Assembly: GCA_045122255.1 (NCBI GenBank)
Contig: JBGVHJ010000063.1
Coordinates: 25,610-89,609 of the forward strand
Reading direction: 5' to 3'
Length of the DNA: 64,000 nt
DNA from: Eubacteriales bacterium
GTDB taxonomy: Bacteria; Bacillota; Clostridia; Oscillospirales; CAG-272
In this document: in pieces, positions 44,161 to 54,221 of the stretch
Numbering within the stretch: position 1 is the stretch's first letter
Layout of the letters: each line of letters begins with the position of its first letter
Notes under the pieces: generated by a model
The model's database searches: none
The model's input: the letters and a program-made list of their open reading frames with translations, nothing else
Told to the model about the DNA's origin: nothing
Made by a program: the position numbers and the translations under genes

Positions 44161-46551
44161 TTATTTCAGCTCAACGATAGTAACGCCGCCGTCACCCTCG
44201 CCGAACTGACCTATGCGGAAGCCGGATATACGCTTATCACCCTTAAGGAACTTCCAAAGCGCGGTTTTGAGCGCTCCCGTTCCCTTTCCGTGGATAAGTC
44301 GCACACTTCTTACGTTTGCAAGGGTCGCCTCGTCGAAATATTTGTCAACGGCAAGCCAAGCCTCGTCGCCCGTCATACCGCGCAGGTCGATCTCGTCCTT
44401 AAAGGTGGTCGTTCTCGTCACCGAATAGGTGGACGCCTTAACCTTCTTTTCACCGCTGATGACCTTGGGCTCGTTCTCCTTCAGGCGAAGGTTCTTGATA
44501 TTGACTCTCGTTTGCAGAATGCCCGCCTGAACTCTTACGTTGCCCGACTTATCGGGGTCTTCAAGCAGCGTCGCATCGCTACCGAGAGTTACGATAGTGA
44601 CTTCATCGCCCTTTTTCAGCTTTCTCGGGAGAACGTAGTTTTCGTCAGCCTTAGGCTTCTCAACAGGATCGAATTTATCGGAATTCTCTCTCCAGTGGTC
44701 GCGTACCGCCTTTCTTGCCCTATCAAGCTCGCTGCCGAGATTTTCGGACTCACGAGCCTTGCGCACCTTATCCATCTGCTCCATAATGAAGTCGCTGGAT
44801 GCCTTTGCGCTTGTAACCATGGTTACCGCCTTTTGTCTCGCCTTTTCAAGCTCCTTTTCGCTCTCGGCAAGCCTTGCCTTGATGGTCTTCTCCGATTCAA
44901 GCTTGAATCTCTCGTAGTCGGCTCGCATCTGCTCGGTCTCCTCGCGCGCCTTCTCCATCTCTATTCGGCTATGCTCAAGCTGACCGATTATATCCTCGAA
45001 TTTTCTGTTATCGGTGCTGATGTAGTTTTCCGCGCTGTCGATTATCTCGCGAGGCAAGCCAAGCTTCTCGGAAATAGCAAAAGCATTGGACTTTCCGGGC
45101 GTACCGATTATCAGCTTATAGGTAGGCTTAAGAGTCTCAACGTCGAACTCGCAGGACGCGTTGCAAACTCCGTCGGTATCAAGCGCGTATGCCTTAAGCT
45201 CGGCATAATGGGTGGTCGCCGCGCACATAGCACCCTTGCTTCTCACAAAATCGATTATAGACACCGCAAGTGCCGCACCCTCAACGGGGTCAGTACCCAC
45301 GCCAAGCTCATCGAAAAGCACCAGCGAGCGGGAATTCACGTTGCCCATAAAGGACACGATATTGACCATATGCGACGAGAAGGTGGAAAGCGATTGCTCA
45401 ATACTCTGCTCGTCGCCGATGTCAACAAGAATATTGTCACAAACCGTGATAACGCTGCCCTCGTCGGCAGGAATATGAAGTCCCGATTGCGCCATAAGGA
45501 CGAAGAGACCAAGCGTCTTCAGCGTTACCGTCTTTCCTCCGGTATTGGGACCGGTAATTATCATAGTATCGTAGCCATCGCCAAGTCGTACGTTTATCGG
45601 CACTACTCTATCCTTATCGATCAAGGGATGTCGCGCTCTTTTAAGCTCGATCACACGCTCCTCGGTCACCGCGGGCGCGCTTCCGTTCACAGCGTAAGAC
45701 ATCTGCGCGCAGGCGAAAGCAAATGCAAGCTCGGTTATATTTCTGTAATTGAGCCAAATTGAATTGGAGCTTTCGGAAACAAGAGCCGAGAGAGCCGCAA
45801 GTATCTTATCGATCTCGTGCTGCTCCTTGGACTCAAGCACGCGAAGCTCGTTGTTGGCTTCCACCACCGCCACCGGCTCTACAAATATAGTCGCACCCGA
45901 GGACGAGGTGTCGTGGATAAGTCCCTTGACCTCATTTTTGCATTCTGCCTTGACGGGAATAACGTAACGTCCGTTTCTTGTGGTTACTATATTCTCCTGC
46001 AGATATTTTGCGTGGCTTCCGCCCTGAACGTATTTCTGGAGCGTTTCTTTAATTTTGTTATTGGTGATCCTGATCTGTCGGCGAATATTCGCAAGAGTAT
46101 CCGAGGCTTCGTCGGCAATAAGCTCCTCCGAGATGATCGAGCGGCTTATCCTCTCCTCCAACGTTCTGTTGGGGAGGAGACGGTCAAATATCTCGTCAAG
46201 CACGGTATCGAAAAGATGATTGCCGTGACAGTAATCGTAAAGCATTCTTGCGGTCCTCAGCACAGATGCGATGGCAAGCAGCTCGCCGGGCGACAGTGTC
46301 GCCCCCTTATCTGCTCTCTCGCAGGACTCCGAAACGTCCTTTACCATGCCGAAGGAAGGCATTCCCTTAGCATCGCAAAGCCTTTTTGCGTCGGTAGTTC
46401 TTCTCTGCCGCTTCAGCACCGTCTCGGCGTCGTCCGCAGGCATAAGCATCCTTGCCGCCGTTTTGGAGCCCTCGGTAGGCGCAAAGCTTGCCAGCATTTC
46501 GCAGATCTTATCAAATTCAAGTGAACGTAATGTTTTTTCGTTAAAGCTCAT
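44161..46551 (-). CDS. mutS2: Endonuclease MutS2 (Smr domain)
   Basis: Walker A GPNTGGKT, a coiled-coil middle region and a C-terminal Smr domain (IDLRGMTGDEA...LIHGKGTGALK). Confidence 0.93.
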   Translation of the reverse strand: MSFNEKTLRSLEFDKICEMLASFAPTEGSKTAARMLMPADDAETVLKRQRRTTDAKRLCDAKGMPSFGMVKDVSESCERADKGATLSPGELLAIASVLRTARMLYDYCHGNHLFDTVLDEIFDRLLPNRTLEERISRSIISEELIADEASDTLANIRRQIRITNNKIKETLQKYVQGGSHAKYLQENIVTTRNGRYVIPVKAECKNEVKGLIHDTSSSGATIFVEPVAVVEANNELRVLESKEQHEIDKILAALSALVSESSNSIWLNYRNITELAFAFACAQMSYAVNGSAPAVTEERVIELKRARHPLIDKDRVVPINVRLGDGYDTMIITGPNTGGKTVTLKTLGLFVLMAQSGLHIPADEGSVITVCDNILVDIGDEQSIEQSLSTFSSHMVNIVSFMGNVNSRSLVLFDELGVGTDPVEGAALAVSIIDFVRSKGAMCAATTHYAELKAYALDTDGVCNASCEFDVETLKPTYKLIIGTPGKSNAFAISEKLGLPREIIDSAENYISTDNRKFEDIIGQLEHSRIEMEKAREETEQMRADYERFKLESEKTIKARLAESEKELEKARQKAVTMVTSAKASSDFIMEQMDKVRKARESENLGSELDRARKAVRDHWRENSDKFDPVEKPKADENYVLPRKLKKGDEVTIVTLGSDATLLEDPDKSGNVRVQAGILQTRVNIKNLRLKENEPKVISGEKKVKASTYSVTRTTTFKDEIDLRGMTGDEAWLAVDKYFDEATLANVRSVRLIHGKGTGALKTALWKFLKGDKRISGFRIGQFGEGDGGVTIVELK

Positions 46552-46571
46552 TTTTTCAACCGTTAAATAAT

Positions 46572-48452
46572 TCAGTCAGTGTTAAGTTCTCTTATTTTCC
46601 TTGCAATAGCTTCAAAGTCAAGCTTCGAAGCGGAAAGATAGCTCTCTCCCTCGCGTCTCACAACGAAGGGATCGTCACAGCCCATGACCGCATATCGGAT
46701 ACCGTCAAGCCTTCCTCGCTCTCTAAGCTTTTCGGAAAGCAGCATACCGAAGCCACCTGCCTTGATCTCTTCCTCGACAAATATTATGCTCTCGGGCGAT
46801 ATCTCATTAATGACGCCTTCAATCTCATCGGCAAGACTGTCATAGGGGGCAATATATTCGCAAAGCACGATCCCAACGCCGTCACCAATAAGCTTTTTAG
46901 CCTTCAGGCATTCGGCGGCAATTTTGCCGTGCGTTATAATTATATTCTTTGGCAAGTCGCTCGGTGAAAAATCACGTCTTATGCCAACATTTTCGATTTT
47001 TTCTCCGCAGTAGAAGGCTTTGACTATGTCATCGCGCTCACCGCCGCTGGGGTATCTTATTATTGCCGTAGACTTCTCGTCCAATGCTTCACGAAGAGAA
47101 GCTTCCAGACCCTTATAGGTCACGGGGGCATATATTTTTACGTTTGGAAGCTGAGATGCAAAGGCAACGTCGAAAATTCCGTGGTGCGTTGCTCCGTCGG
47201 AATTGTTGAATCCTGCTCTGTCAACGCAGAATACCGCCGGAAGCCTTTGAAGCGCCACATCGTGTATCAGCTGGTCGTAGCCTCTCTGCAAGAACGAGGA
47301 ATATACCGCGAAAACAGGCTTATATCCGCTTGCAGAAAGACCTGCGGCAAAGGTGACCGCGTGCTCCTCCGCTATACCGACATCGAAAAATCTTTCGGGA
47401 TATTTTGCGGCAAAGCCGTCAAGACCCGTGCCTGAGCTCATAGCCGCCGTTATCGCGCATATCTTTTCGTCATTTTCGGCAAGGGCGCATATTGCTTTGC
47501 CGAACTCCGCAGAAAAATTCGTCTCGGTTTTTGCCTTGGCGGCAGGTCGCACTCCGTGATATATATCGGGAAAATTCTCGGCTTTTTCGTATCCCTTTCC
47601 CTTTTTTGTCTTCAGATGGACGAGAACGCTCTCGCCAGCCTTCTTGGCGGCATCAAGCAGAGCCTCTACGTCATCGTAATTATTTCCGTCGGCAGGTCCA
47701 AGATAATAAAGCCCCATATCCTCAAAATAATTACTGCCGTAGAGCTTATTCTTAAAGGATTTTTTGGCATCCCTTATCTTTCTGAAGAGCCAATCTCCCA
47801 CAAGAGGGAGCTTTTTGATAAAGGAAACGGTTGCGCGCTTCGCCTTGAAATAGCTTCTCTTCTTTCGGATCTTTGCCATGCTTTTTGCAAATCTTCCGAT
47901 ATTCTTGGAGATAGACATCTCATTCTCATTGAGAATTATAATAAGCTTCAGGTCTCTTGAGCAGTTATTAAGGGCTTCGTGTATCATTCCGCCCGTAAAT
48001 GCTCCGTCGCCAAGCACCACAACTGTATAGGCATCCGATCCCGAAAGCTTATCGGCTCGCGCAAATCCAAGAGCCGCCGACAAAGACGTTGAGCTGTGTC
48101 CCGCGCCAAAGCAATCGTATTCGCTTTCGTCGCGGTTCGTAAAGCCCGTTATACCTCCCGCCTGCCTCAGCGTATCAAATCTTTCGTATCTCCCGGTCAG
48201 AAGCTTGTGTGTATAGCTCTGGTGTCCCACGTCAAAAATAACGTGATCGTGAGGGCAATCGAAAACCTTGTGTATCGCCACGGAAAGCTCTACCGCGCCA
48301 AGATTCGATGCCATATGTCCGCCGTTCTTCTCAGTAGTCTCGATAATGCACTGTCTTATCTCGTCGCAGAGAGAATGCATCTCCTCCGCTTTAAGGTCTT
48401 TTATGTCCTTCGGAGAGCTTACTCTGCCAAGATAATTGTATTCATTTTTCAC
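46572..48452 (-). CDS. dxs: 1-deoxy-D-xylulose-5-phosphate synthase
   Basis: GGHMASNLGAVELSVAIHKVF and the TPP-binding GDGAFTGGM. Confidence 0.93.
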   Translation of the reverse strand: MKNEYNYLGRVSSPKDIKDLKAEEMHSLCDEIRQCIIETTEKNGGHMASNLGAVELSVAIHKVFDCPHDHVIFDVGHQSYTHKLLTGRYERFDTLRQAGGITGFTNRDESEYDCFGAGHSSTSLSAALGFARADKLSGSDAYTVVVLGDGAFTGGMIHEALNNCSRDLKLIIILNENEMSISKNIGRFAKSMAKIRKKRSYFKAKRATVSFIKKLPLVGDWLFRKIRDAKKSFKNKLYGSNYFEDMGLYYLGPADGNNYDDVEALLDAAKKAGESVLVHLKTKKGKGYEKAENFPDIYHGVRPAAKAKTETNFSAEFGKAICALAENDEKICAITAAMSSGTGLDGFAAKYPERFFDVGIAEEHAVTFAAGLSASGYKPVFAVYSSFLQRGYDQLIHDVALQRLPAVFCVDRAGFNNSDGATHHGIFDVAFASQLPNVKIYAPVTYKGLEASLREALDEKSTAIIRYPSGGERDDIVKAFYCGEKIENVGIRRDFSPSDLPKNIIITHGKIAAECLKAKKLIGDGVGIVLCEYIAPYDSLADEIEGVINEISPESIIFVEEEIKAGGFGMLLSEKLRERGRLDGIRYAVMGCDDPFVVRREGESYLSASKLDFEAIARKIRELNTD

Positions 48453-48565
48453 AAGGCTAGCCTCCCCATAATAAAGTATATTATAATTATGCTATTATAT
48501 TTTATCACTTTTACGTCTCTTTGTAAAGAGCTTTTTGAAAATAATTGCCTTTTATATCGAAATAT

Positions 48566-48600
48566 GAAAAAGCATAAAGAAAAAGGGCGCGTATGCGCCC
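48566..48600 (-). terminator. Terminator of the small lipoprotein gene
   Basis: On the minus strand: GGGCGC-ATAC-GCGCCC followed by TTTTTCTTTATGCTTTTT. Confidence 0.7.
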
Positions 48601-48618
48601 TGAATCTTTAAGTATATA

Positions 48619-48996
48619 TTACTTCTTGTAGTACTTAGCGCCACCGATCTCGATGTAATCGCCGCCGTTATCGTTGCCTGCGTTGTAGCTCTTTTTACCA
48701 ACAAGAAGAAGTCTAATTGCTCCGTACTCCATATCAAGCCAGCTTTCAGCCTCGGGAAGCTCGATTTCGATAGTAGGATTGCCCTCTTCGTCCTCGCCCA
48801 TCTCGAATGTACCTTCAACGGTAGTCTTCTTGGAGTCGCCGTAGCTAAGCTCAAGCTTATCGCCGGAGAACTTAAGAGTTACATTTCCGCTTTCGCTTAC
48901 GTAGGTTCCGCTGGGAGCGTTGGAGCAGGATACGAGTGCCATGCACATCATAATTGCTACGAGAGAGATTGCTACTACTTTGATTGCTGTTTTCAT
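48619..48996 (-). CDS. Small lipoprotein, unknown function
   Basis: MKTAIKVVAISLVAIMMCMALVSCS is a signal peptide plus lipobox. It has its own promoter and terminator. Confidence 0.6.
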   Translation of the reverse strand: MKTAIKVVAISLVAIMMCMALVSCSNAPSGTYVSESGNVTLKFSGDKLELSYGDSKKTTVEGTFEMGEDEEGNPTIEIELPEAESWLDMEYGAIRLLLVGKKSYNAGNDNGGDYIEIGGAKYYKK

Positions 48997-49047
48997 AGTT
49001 GATGTTTCCTTTCTTAAACTGTTTTGCGATTTTTGTCTCGCACACTA

Positions 49048-49076
49048 ATTATATAACTATTCAAAAGTTTTGTCAA
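49048..49076 (-). promoter_or_regulatory. Promoter of the small lipoprotein gene
   Basis: On the minus strand: TTGACA (49076-49071), 17 nt, TATAAT (49053-49048). Confidence 0.6.
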
Positions 49077-49103
49077 TAGCTTTTGCTAAAAATAGACAAA
49101 TAA

Positions 49104-50705
49104 TTATTTTCCCGACTCTGTCTTTCCTCTTTTGTTCTTGATCTGCAGGATTATTTCAATCACAAAAAATGAGGCAACACCCGCGGCACAGACATAAACG
49201 ATAGAATTGCCGATCAAGGAATAAAGGGTTCTTTCGCTACGCATTTGAACATCGGAGACAACGTATCCCTTTTCAAGCGCCTCGGCTTCCTCGATAACGT
49301 TGCCCAAAGGATCGACCACCGAGGTAATTCCGGTGTTACCCGAGCTTACAACGTATCTTCCGCTCTCGATAGCGCGAAGCTTGGCGTGAGAATTATGCAT
49401 ATAGAGCGCCAGAGAATCCTTGAACCACGAATAGTTGGTCGAAAGCACGATGATCTCTGCCCCGTTATTGACCGCGCCGAGGGCGATAGTCTCGTAAGCC
49501 GAGTCGAAGCAGATTCCGCAGCCCACCTTACCGTATTCGCCGTTGATAACCACGTAATCCTCTCCTCGCTTAAGGTCGCTGTCAAGCATATTGATGTCCG
49601 CAAGCGGCGGGAATATTCTGACGAACAGGTCTCTCATAGGTACAAATTCACCGAAGGGCACAAGATTTATCTTGCTGTATACGTCCTCACTGAATTCACC
49701 CTTGGAGCTTATTTCGTAAAGCGAATTGTATTTCATTCCGCTTTCTTCGTCTGCGGTGAACGCGGAAATGAGAATAGTTACGTCATTTTCAATTGCTATC
49801 TCTCTGACGGCATCTCCGATATGCTCGCTTACAGAAAGATCGTAAGGCAGTGCGGTCTCGGGCCAGACGACGACCTCAGCACCCTCTGCCACGGCTTGCT
49901 CGGTAAGATCACGATAGGTTTCGAGAATATACTGGTATCCTCCGCTCCACTTTTCGGTGGATGAAATATTTCCCTGCGCCGCCGCCATCTTCACCGTGCG
50001 TCCGTTTTCCTTGTAGGTAGCGGTCACGGCAAGACCGAGAGCAAGATTCAGCGCGAATATTGCCAAGGGCACGGCAAGAGCGATCCTTCTTAATCCGACC
50101 TTAAGTATTGCCATAGCCAAGAAGAAGTTGAATGCAACGATAATAAATGAAACAAAGTATGGTCCGAAAAGCGAAGCGCTTCTGATAAGCAGAGAGAAGC
50201 TGACCTGACCGAGAGCAAGCTTACCCCAAGGCAAGCCCCACCAGCCAATAGTCTGCCACCATTCCGCGACCACCCATATTCCCGCCATTAAGACGGGCAT
50301 GAGATACGGAACTCTCTTTAAAAGCCTTGTTCTTGCCGCCGCGGTGAAGACTAAGAATCCCAATGCGCTGAAAAGCGATTGGAAGAATGCTATACCAAAG
50401 CAAGCAAGGAAGACTATCACAAGAGACAGCTCATTGGAAAGCCCCGCAAAATCCATAGGATACATATAGAAGAACCAATGATATATCACGGGATAATAGC
50501 CCATATAGAATATCATTCCGAAGCAATATGCCTTAAATAGCTTCGGCTTCTCTTCCCGTGAAAGCCATATCAGCACCATTGCCATGGGTATCAGTGACAC
50601 CCATTGAAAAAATCCCAATTGAGGAAGCAGCTGAGGCAATGCCGCAAGAATTCCGCTTCCGAGAAGCATGACAGGCATCTTCAGTCTTGTAAAAAACTTG
50701 TTCAT
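49104..50705 (-). CDS. lnt: Apolipoprotein N-acyltransferase
   Basis: An N-terminal polytopic membrane domain plus a CN-hydrolase domain with VVWPETA (Glu), NLVPFGE (Lys region) and CGICFDSAYE (Cys). Confidence 0.8.
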   Translation of the reverse strand: MNKFFTRLKMPVMLLGSGILAALPQLLPQLGFFQWVSLIPMAMVLIWLSREEKPKLFKAYCFGMIFYMGYYPVIYHWFFYMYPMDFAGLSNELSLVIVFLACFGIAFFQSLFSALGFLVFTAAARTRLLKRVPYLMPVLMAGIWVVAEWWQTIGWWGLPWGKLALGQVSFSLLIRSASLFGPYFVSFIIVAFNFFLAMAILKVGLRRIALAVPLAIFALNLALGLAVTATYKENGRTVKMAAAQGNISSTEKWSGGYQYILETYRDLTEQAVAEGAEVVVWPETALPYDLSVSEHIGDAVREIAIENDVTILISAFTADEESGMKYNSLYEISSKGEFSEDVYSKINLVPFGEFVPMRDLFVRIFPPLADINMLDSDLKRGEDYVVINGEYGKVGCGICFDSAYETIALGAVNNGAEIIVLSTNYSWFKDSLALYMHNSHAKLRAIESGRYVVSSGNTGITSVVDPLGNVIEEAEALEKGYVVSDVQMRSERTLYSLIGNSIVYVCAAGVASFFVIEIILQIKNKRGKTESGK

Positions 50706-50720
50706 TTTTAAAACCCTTAT

Positions 50721-51722
50721 TTAACGCTTTTCGCGTATTATTTTGATTATCTTCTCGCAGGCTCCCGAATATTCCTCGACGAACCAAATATCGGTAGGAT
50801 CAAGCGCCACCTGCTTTCCCGAAAGATAACCGAGGTATCCCCCGTCCTTGCCGAAATCAAAGATCAGACGGTATGAATAGAGGGCTTGGTACTTGTATCC
50901 GCGCACTCTGTCGTCGCGATTGATTCCGTACTTGCCGTCGCCGAGAAGCGGATGACCGATATGCGCCATGTGGGCGCGTATCTGGTGCGTTCTTCCCGTC
51001 ACAAGCTCGACCTCAACGAGAGAGCTGTCGCGGTGAGAGGCGAGAACCTTATATTTCGTAATGATATTCTTGTAGCCGTCCTTCGGCTTATCGGATATAG
51101 TGACGAGATTATCCGCGCTGTTCTTTTTCAAATATCCCGTCAAGGTATCGGCAGGCTTCTGAGGCTTGCCGTGAACGGCGCAAAGATAGAATTTTCTTAT
51201 CTCGTCGTTCTTTATCTTCTCGTTCATAACGCGCAGAGCCTCGGCATTCTTTGCCGCAATGACGATGCCGCCGGTATTGCGGTCGATACGGTTACAGAGC
51301 GCGGGAGCAAAGGACTGCTCGGCTTCGGGGTCATACTCGCCCTTCTGATAAAGATACGCCTTGATGTGCATTATCAGCGTATTGTCCTTGGCACCGTCGT
51401 CCTCGTGGACAAGCACTCCGGGACGCTTGTTGCAAAGAATGATATTTTCATCCTCGTAAACAATATCAAGCTTGGGAGTGATACGCGCCAGCGCGCCGTC
51501 ATCCTTCTCGGGAGAATCGAAAAATTCGTCTCTTATAAAGAGCTGGATCTCGTCGCCCTCAAGCAGTATCTGCTTCTGCTCGCACCTCTTGCGATTGACC
51601 TTGATTTTCTTTGTTCTTATATACTTGTACATAAGCGATGCGGGAAGACCCTTAATGGCTTTCGTAAGAAATTTGTCGAGTCTCTGCCCCGCATCATTTT
51701 TGTTTATCTTTAATATTTGCAT
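50721..51722 (-). CDS. RluA-family pseudouridine synthase with N-terminal S4 domain
   Basis: An S4-like N-terminus, the catalytic motif CNRIDRNTGG, and HQIRAHMAHIGHPLLGD. Confidence 0.88.
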   Translation of the reverse strand: MQILKINKNDAGQRLDKFLTKAIKGLPASLMYKYIRTKKIKVNRKRCEQKQILLEGDEIQLFIRDEFFDSPEKDDGALARITPKLDIVYEDENIILCNKRPGVLVHEDDGAKDNTLIMHIKAYLYQKGEYDPEAEQSFAPALCNRIDRNTGGIVIAAKNAEALRVMNEKIKNDEIRKFYLCAVHGKPQKPADTLTGYLKKNSADNLVTISDKPKDGYKNIITKYKVLASHRDSSLVEVELVTGRTHQIRAHMAHIGHPLLGDGKYGINRDDRVRGYKYQALYSYRLIFDFGKDGGYLGYLSGKQVALDPTDIWFVEEYSGACEKIIKIIREKR

Positions 51723-51895
51723 ATTTTTTCCTCATACTTTTCTTGGAAAGAAAAGTATGCAAAAGAACTTCCATAAATTAGTTTTAGTTGTAGCCGAAAA
51801 ACTCTTTAAACCGGTTTAAAATAAATATCCGGGATACAGTATAAGCGAATTAATTGAAAGTTTCTTTGTCTTCTTTCTTTTCCAAAGAAAGAAGG

Positions 51896-52525
51896 TTAAA
51901 GTGTTCCGAAAATTCTGTCGCCTGCGTCGCCGAGACCGGGAACTATGTAAGCGTGATCGTTCAGCTTTTCGTCGAGCGCGGCGGTGAAGATATCAACGTC
52001 GGGGTGGTCAGCCTGAACCTTTGCAACACCCTCGGGAGCGGCAACGAGGCACATAAACTTGATGTGAGTGCAGCCTGCCTCCTTGAGCTTGGTCAAAGCG
52101 TCGCTTGCAGAGCCACCGGTTGCCAGCATAGGGTCAACGAGGATAACGATTCTCTGATCGATATCGGATGGCAGCTTGCAGTAATAGGTCACGGGCTCGT
52201 GAGTTTCGGGATCGCGGTAAAGACCGATATGACCGACCTTTGCAACGGGAACCAGGTCAAGAAGTCCGTCTACCATACCGACACCTGCGCGGAGGATCGG
52301 AACGATGGCAAGCTTTTTGCCCGAGATCTTGTATGCGGTAGTCTTCTGTATGGGAGTCTCTATTGTGATCTCCTCGAGAGGAAGATCGCGGGTGATCTCG
52401 TAGCCCATAAGCATAGCGATCTCGTTTAAGAGCTCGCGGAAATCCTTGGAGCCTGTCTTTTTATTTCTCATAATAGAGAGCTTGTGCTGAATAAGAGGAT
52501 GATCGATAACGTGAAGTGTACTCAT
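51896..52525 (-). CDS. upp: Uracil phosphoribosyltransferase
   Basis: 209 aa. [13 protein letters not shown] is the PRPP motif and [12 protein letters not shown] is at the C-terminus. Confidence 0.95.
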   Translation of the reverse strand: MSTLHVIDHPLIQHKLSIMRNKKTGSKDFRELLNEIAMLMGYEITRDLPLEEITIETPIQKTTAYKISGKKLAIVPILRAGVGMVDGLLDLVPVAKVGHIGLYRDPETHEPVTYYCKLPSDIDQRIVILVDPMLATGGSASDALTKLKEAGCTHIKFMCLVAAPEGVAKVQADHPDVDIFTAALDEKLNDHAYIVPGLGDAGDRIFGTL

Positions 52526-52569
52526 AGCAATATTTCCTTTCCGTCTTGCAGATTTTATATACTTTAATA

Positions 52570-52598
52570 ATTATACATCAATTTTCGCGCTTTTTCAA
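52570..52598 (-). promoter_or_regulatory. upp promoter candidate
   Basis: On the minus strand: TTGAAA (52598-52593), 17 nt, TATAAT (52575-52570). Confidence 0.5.
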
Positions 52599-52652
52599 GG
52601 CTTTTTTATATTTTATTCAAATTTTTATTTTAAATAAAATTCCGACTTTCTA

Positions 52653-52681
52653 TTGACTTTGCCTCCCTGCGGTTGTATAAT
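52653..52681 (+). promoter_or_regulatory. Promoter of the two-esterase operon
   Basis: TTGACT (52653-52658), 17 nt, TATAAT (52676-52681). Confidence 0.55.
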
Positions 52682-52721
52682 TTCCTTATAACCCTATCCC
52701 TTTGAAAGCGAGGACATAAAA

Positions 52722-54206
52722 ATGGATGAACACAAGGTAGCGCTTCCCACCAAGGACACGCTTGAAAACGACGAAAGCAAGGATACCTCTTGGGTCTGCC
52801 CCGAATTCAAGCTTTCGGGTCTTTTCTCCTCTCACATGGTGCTTCAGCGCGAAAAGCCTATTAAAATATGGGGATTTTCAACCCACGTCGGCTCTCGCGT
52901 CGCTGGCTGCTTTATGGGCGAGACCGTAACGGCAACTATCGGCGAGGACAACCGCTTTGAGCTCCGTTTCTCCCCCCGTCCCGAGTGCTCGGAGCCTCAG
53001 GTCATGGTGATCTCCGACGAATTCGGTCACGTGGTCACTCTTGAAGATATTCTTGTAGGCGACGTCTGGATAATAGGCGGACAGTCAAACGCTGAGCTGC
53101 ATTTAGCTCCCTGCTTCTCGCTGACCCCCAGCGTTGAATTTGACGAAAACGATAATTTCCGTCTCTTCTATCAGCACGGCTGGAGCGGTATGGCTCTGGG
53201 CAAGGAGGATAAGAGCAGTCAGAGAGACATTATAAATCCCGAGTGGTCTTGGCAGAAGCCCGATCAGAAAAACTCAATGAGCTTTTCGGCTATCGGCTGG
53301 TATTTCGCCAAGGAGATAACCAAGCACATCGGCACTCCCATCGGTCTCGTTATGATGGCTGCGGGCGGCGTTTGTCTGCGCGAGCTTATGCCCACGTCTC
53401 TTGCCAACTCTCTCGGCTACGAAAAGGGCGCCAACACGAGAATAGGCGGCGCTTACGATACGCTTATCAATCCCATAATTCCCCTCTCCTTCAAGGCTCA
53501 GATCTTCTTCCAGGGTGAGAGCGAGGGCTGCTGGTTCTCCTGCGCCAACAAGTACGACACCGATCTTCAGGCTTATTTTGCCGACGAAAGAGCGCGTTTC
53601 GGTCAGCACTTCCCGATCTACAACGTTCAGCTTTCGGAATACGGCGAAAACTGTAAAAAATACTTCCCCGCCCTTGACATCGTTCGTGTAAAGCAGTTCG
53701 ATGCACTGAAACTAATTGAGGATATCACTCTCACCGTCGATATGGACCTCGGTATCGTGGAGGGTCACGATTGGGCGCATTCTCCCCGTAAGCTGGAGCT
53801 TGCAGAGCGACTTGCAAGGCTTGCCCTCGCCAAGGAATACGGCGTAGGCTTGGTGGTAGACGCGGTATCTCCCCGTCCCATTGGCGCGACTCTTTCGGAG
53901 GATGGCAAGCATATACATATCGATTTTACCGATCTCGGAACAGGTCTTATCGCCAAGGGACAGGACCCCAAAAACAGCGTAGGACTTGCCGTCAGCGGAT
54001 TCTCGGTTGGATATTACAACGGTAGTGAGAACAGAAGAAAGCCTGCAGAGGCTACTATCACCTCTCGCGGTCAGGTAACCGTAACTGTTCCCGAGGGCGC
54101 TGACACAAGCTTTGTAAATTACTGCTTTGACATTAACGTAGAGCCTGAGCTTTACAACGGTAACAATCTGCCCTGTCCTGCTTTTTCGATTAAGGTTTCA
54201 AAATAA
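52722..54206 (+). CDS. Sialate O-acetylesterase-like (SASA/DUF303) carbohydrate esterase, cytoplasmic
   Basis: SSHMVLQREKPIKIWG and the GGQSNA serine motif. No signal peptide. Confidence 0.75.
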   Translation: MDEHKVALPTKDTLENDESKDTSWVCPEFKLSGLFSSHMVLQREKPIKIWGFSTHVGSRVAGCFMGETVTATIGEDNRFELRFSPRPECSEPQVMVISDEFGHVVTLEDILVGDVWIIGGQSNAELHLAPCFSLTPSVEFDENDNFRLFYQHGWSGMALGKEDKSSQRDIINPEWSWQKPDQKNSMSFSAIGWYFAKEITKHIGTPIGLVMMAAGGVCLRELMPTSLANSLGYEKGANTRIGGAYDTLINPIIPLSFKAQIFFQGESEGCWFSCANKYDTDLQAYFADERARFGQHFPIYNVQLSEYGENCKKYFPALDIVRVKQFDALKLIEDITLTVDMDLGIVEGHDWAHSPRKLELAERLARLALAKEYGVGLVVDAVSPRPIGATLSEDGKHIHIDFTDLGTGLIAKGQDPKNSVGLAVSGFSVGYYNGSENRRKPAEATITSRGQVTVTVPEGADTSFVNYCFDINVEPELYNGNNLPCPAFSIKVSK

Positions 54207-54221
54207 ATTGGGAGGTTCATT

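Noticed and set aside
44290-45762. A 490-aa ORF antisense to mutS2. Similar antisense ORFs occur at 3663-4583, 10198-11070, 16877-17812, 28197-29258 and 59261-60109.
   Set aside because: All are nested in the opposite strand of well-supported genes. They lack SD sequences and recognisable domains.
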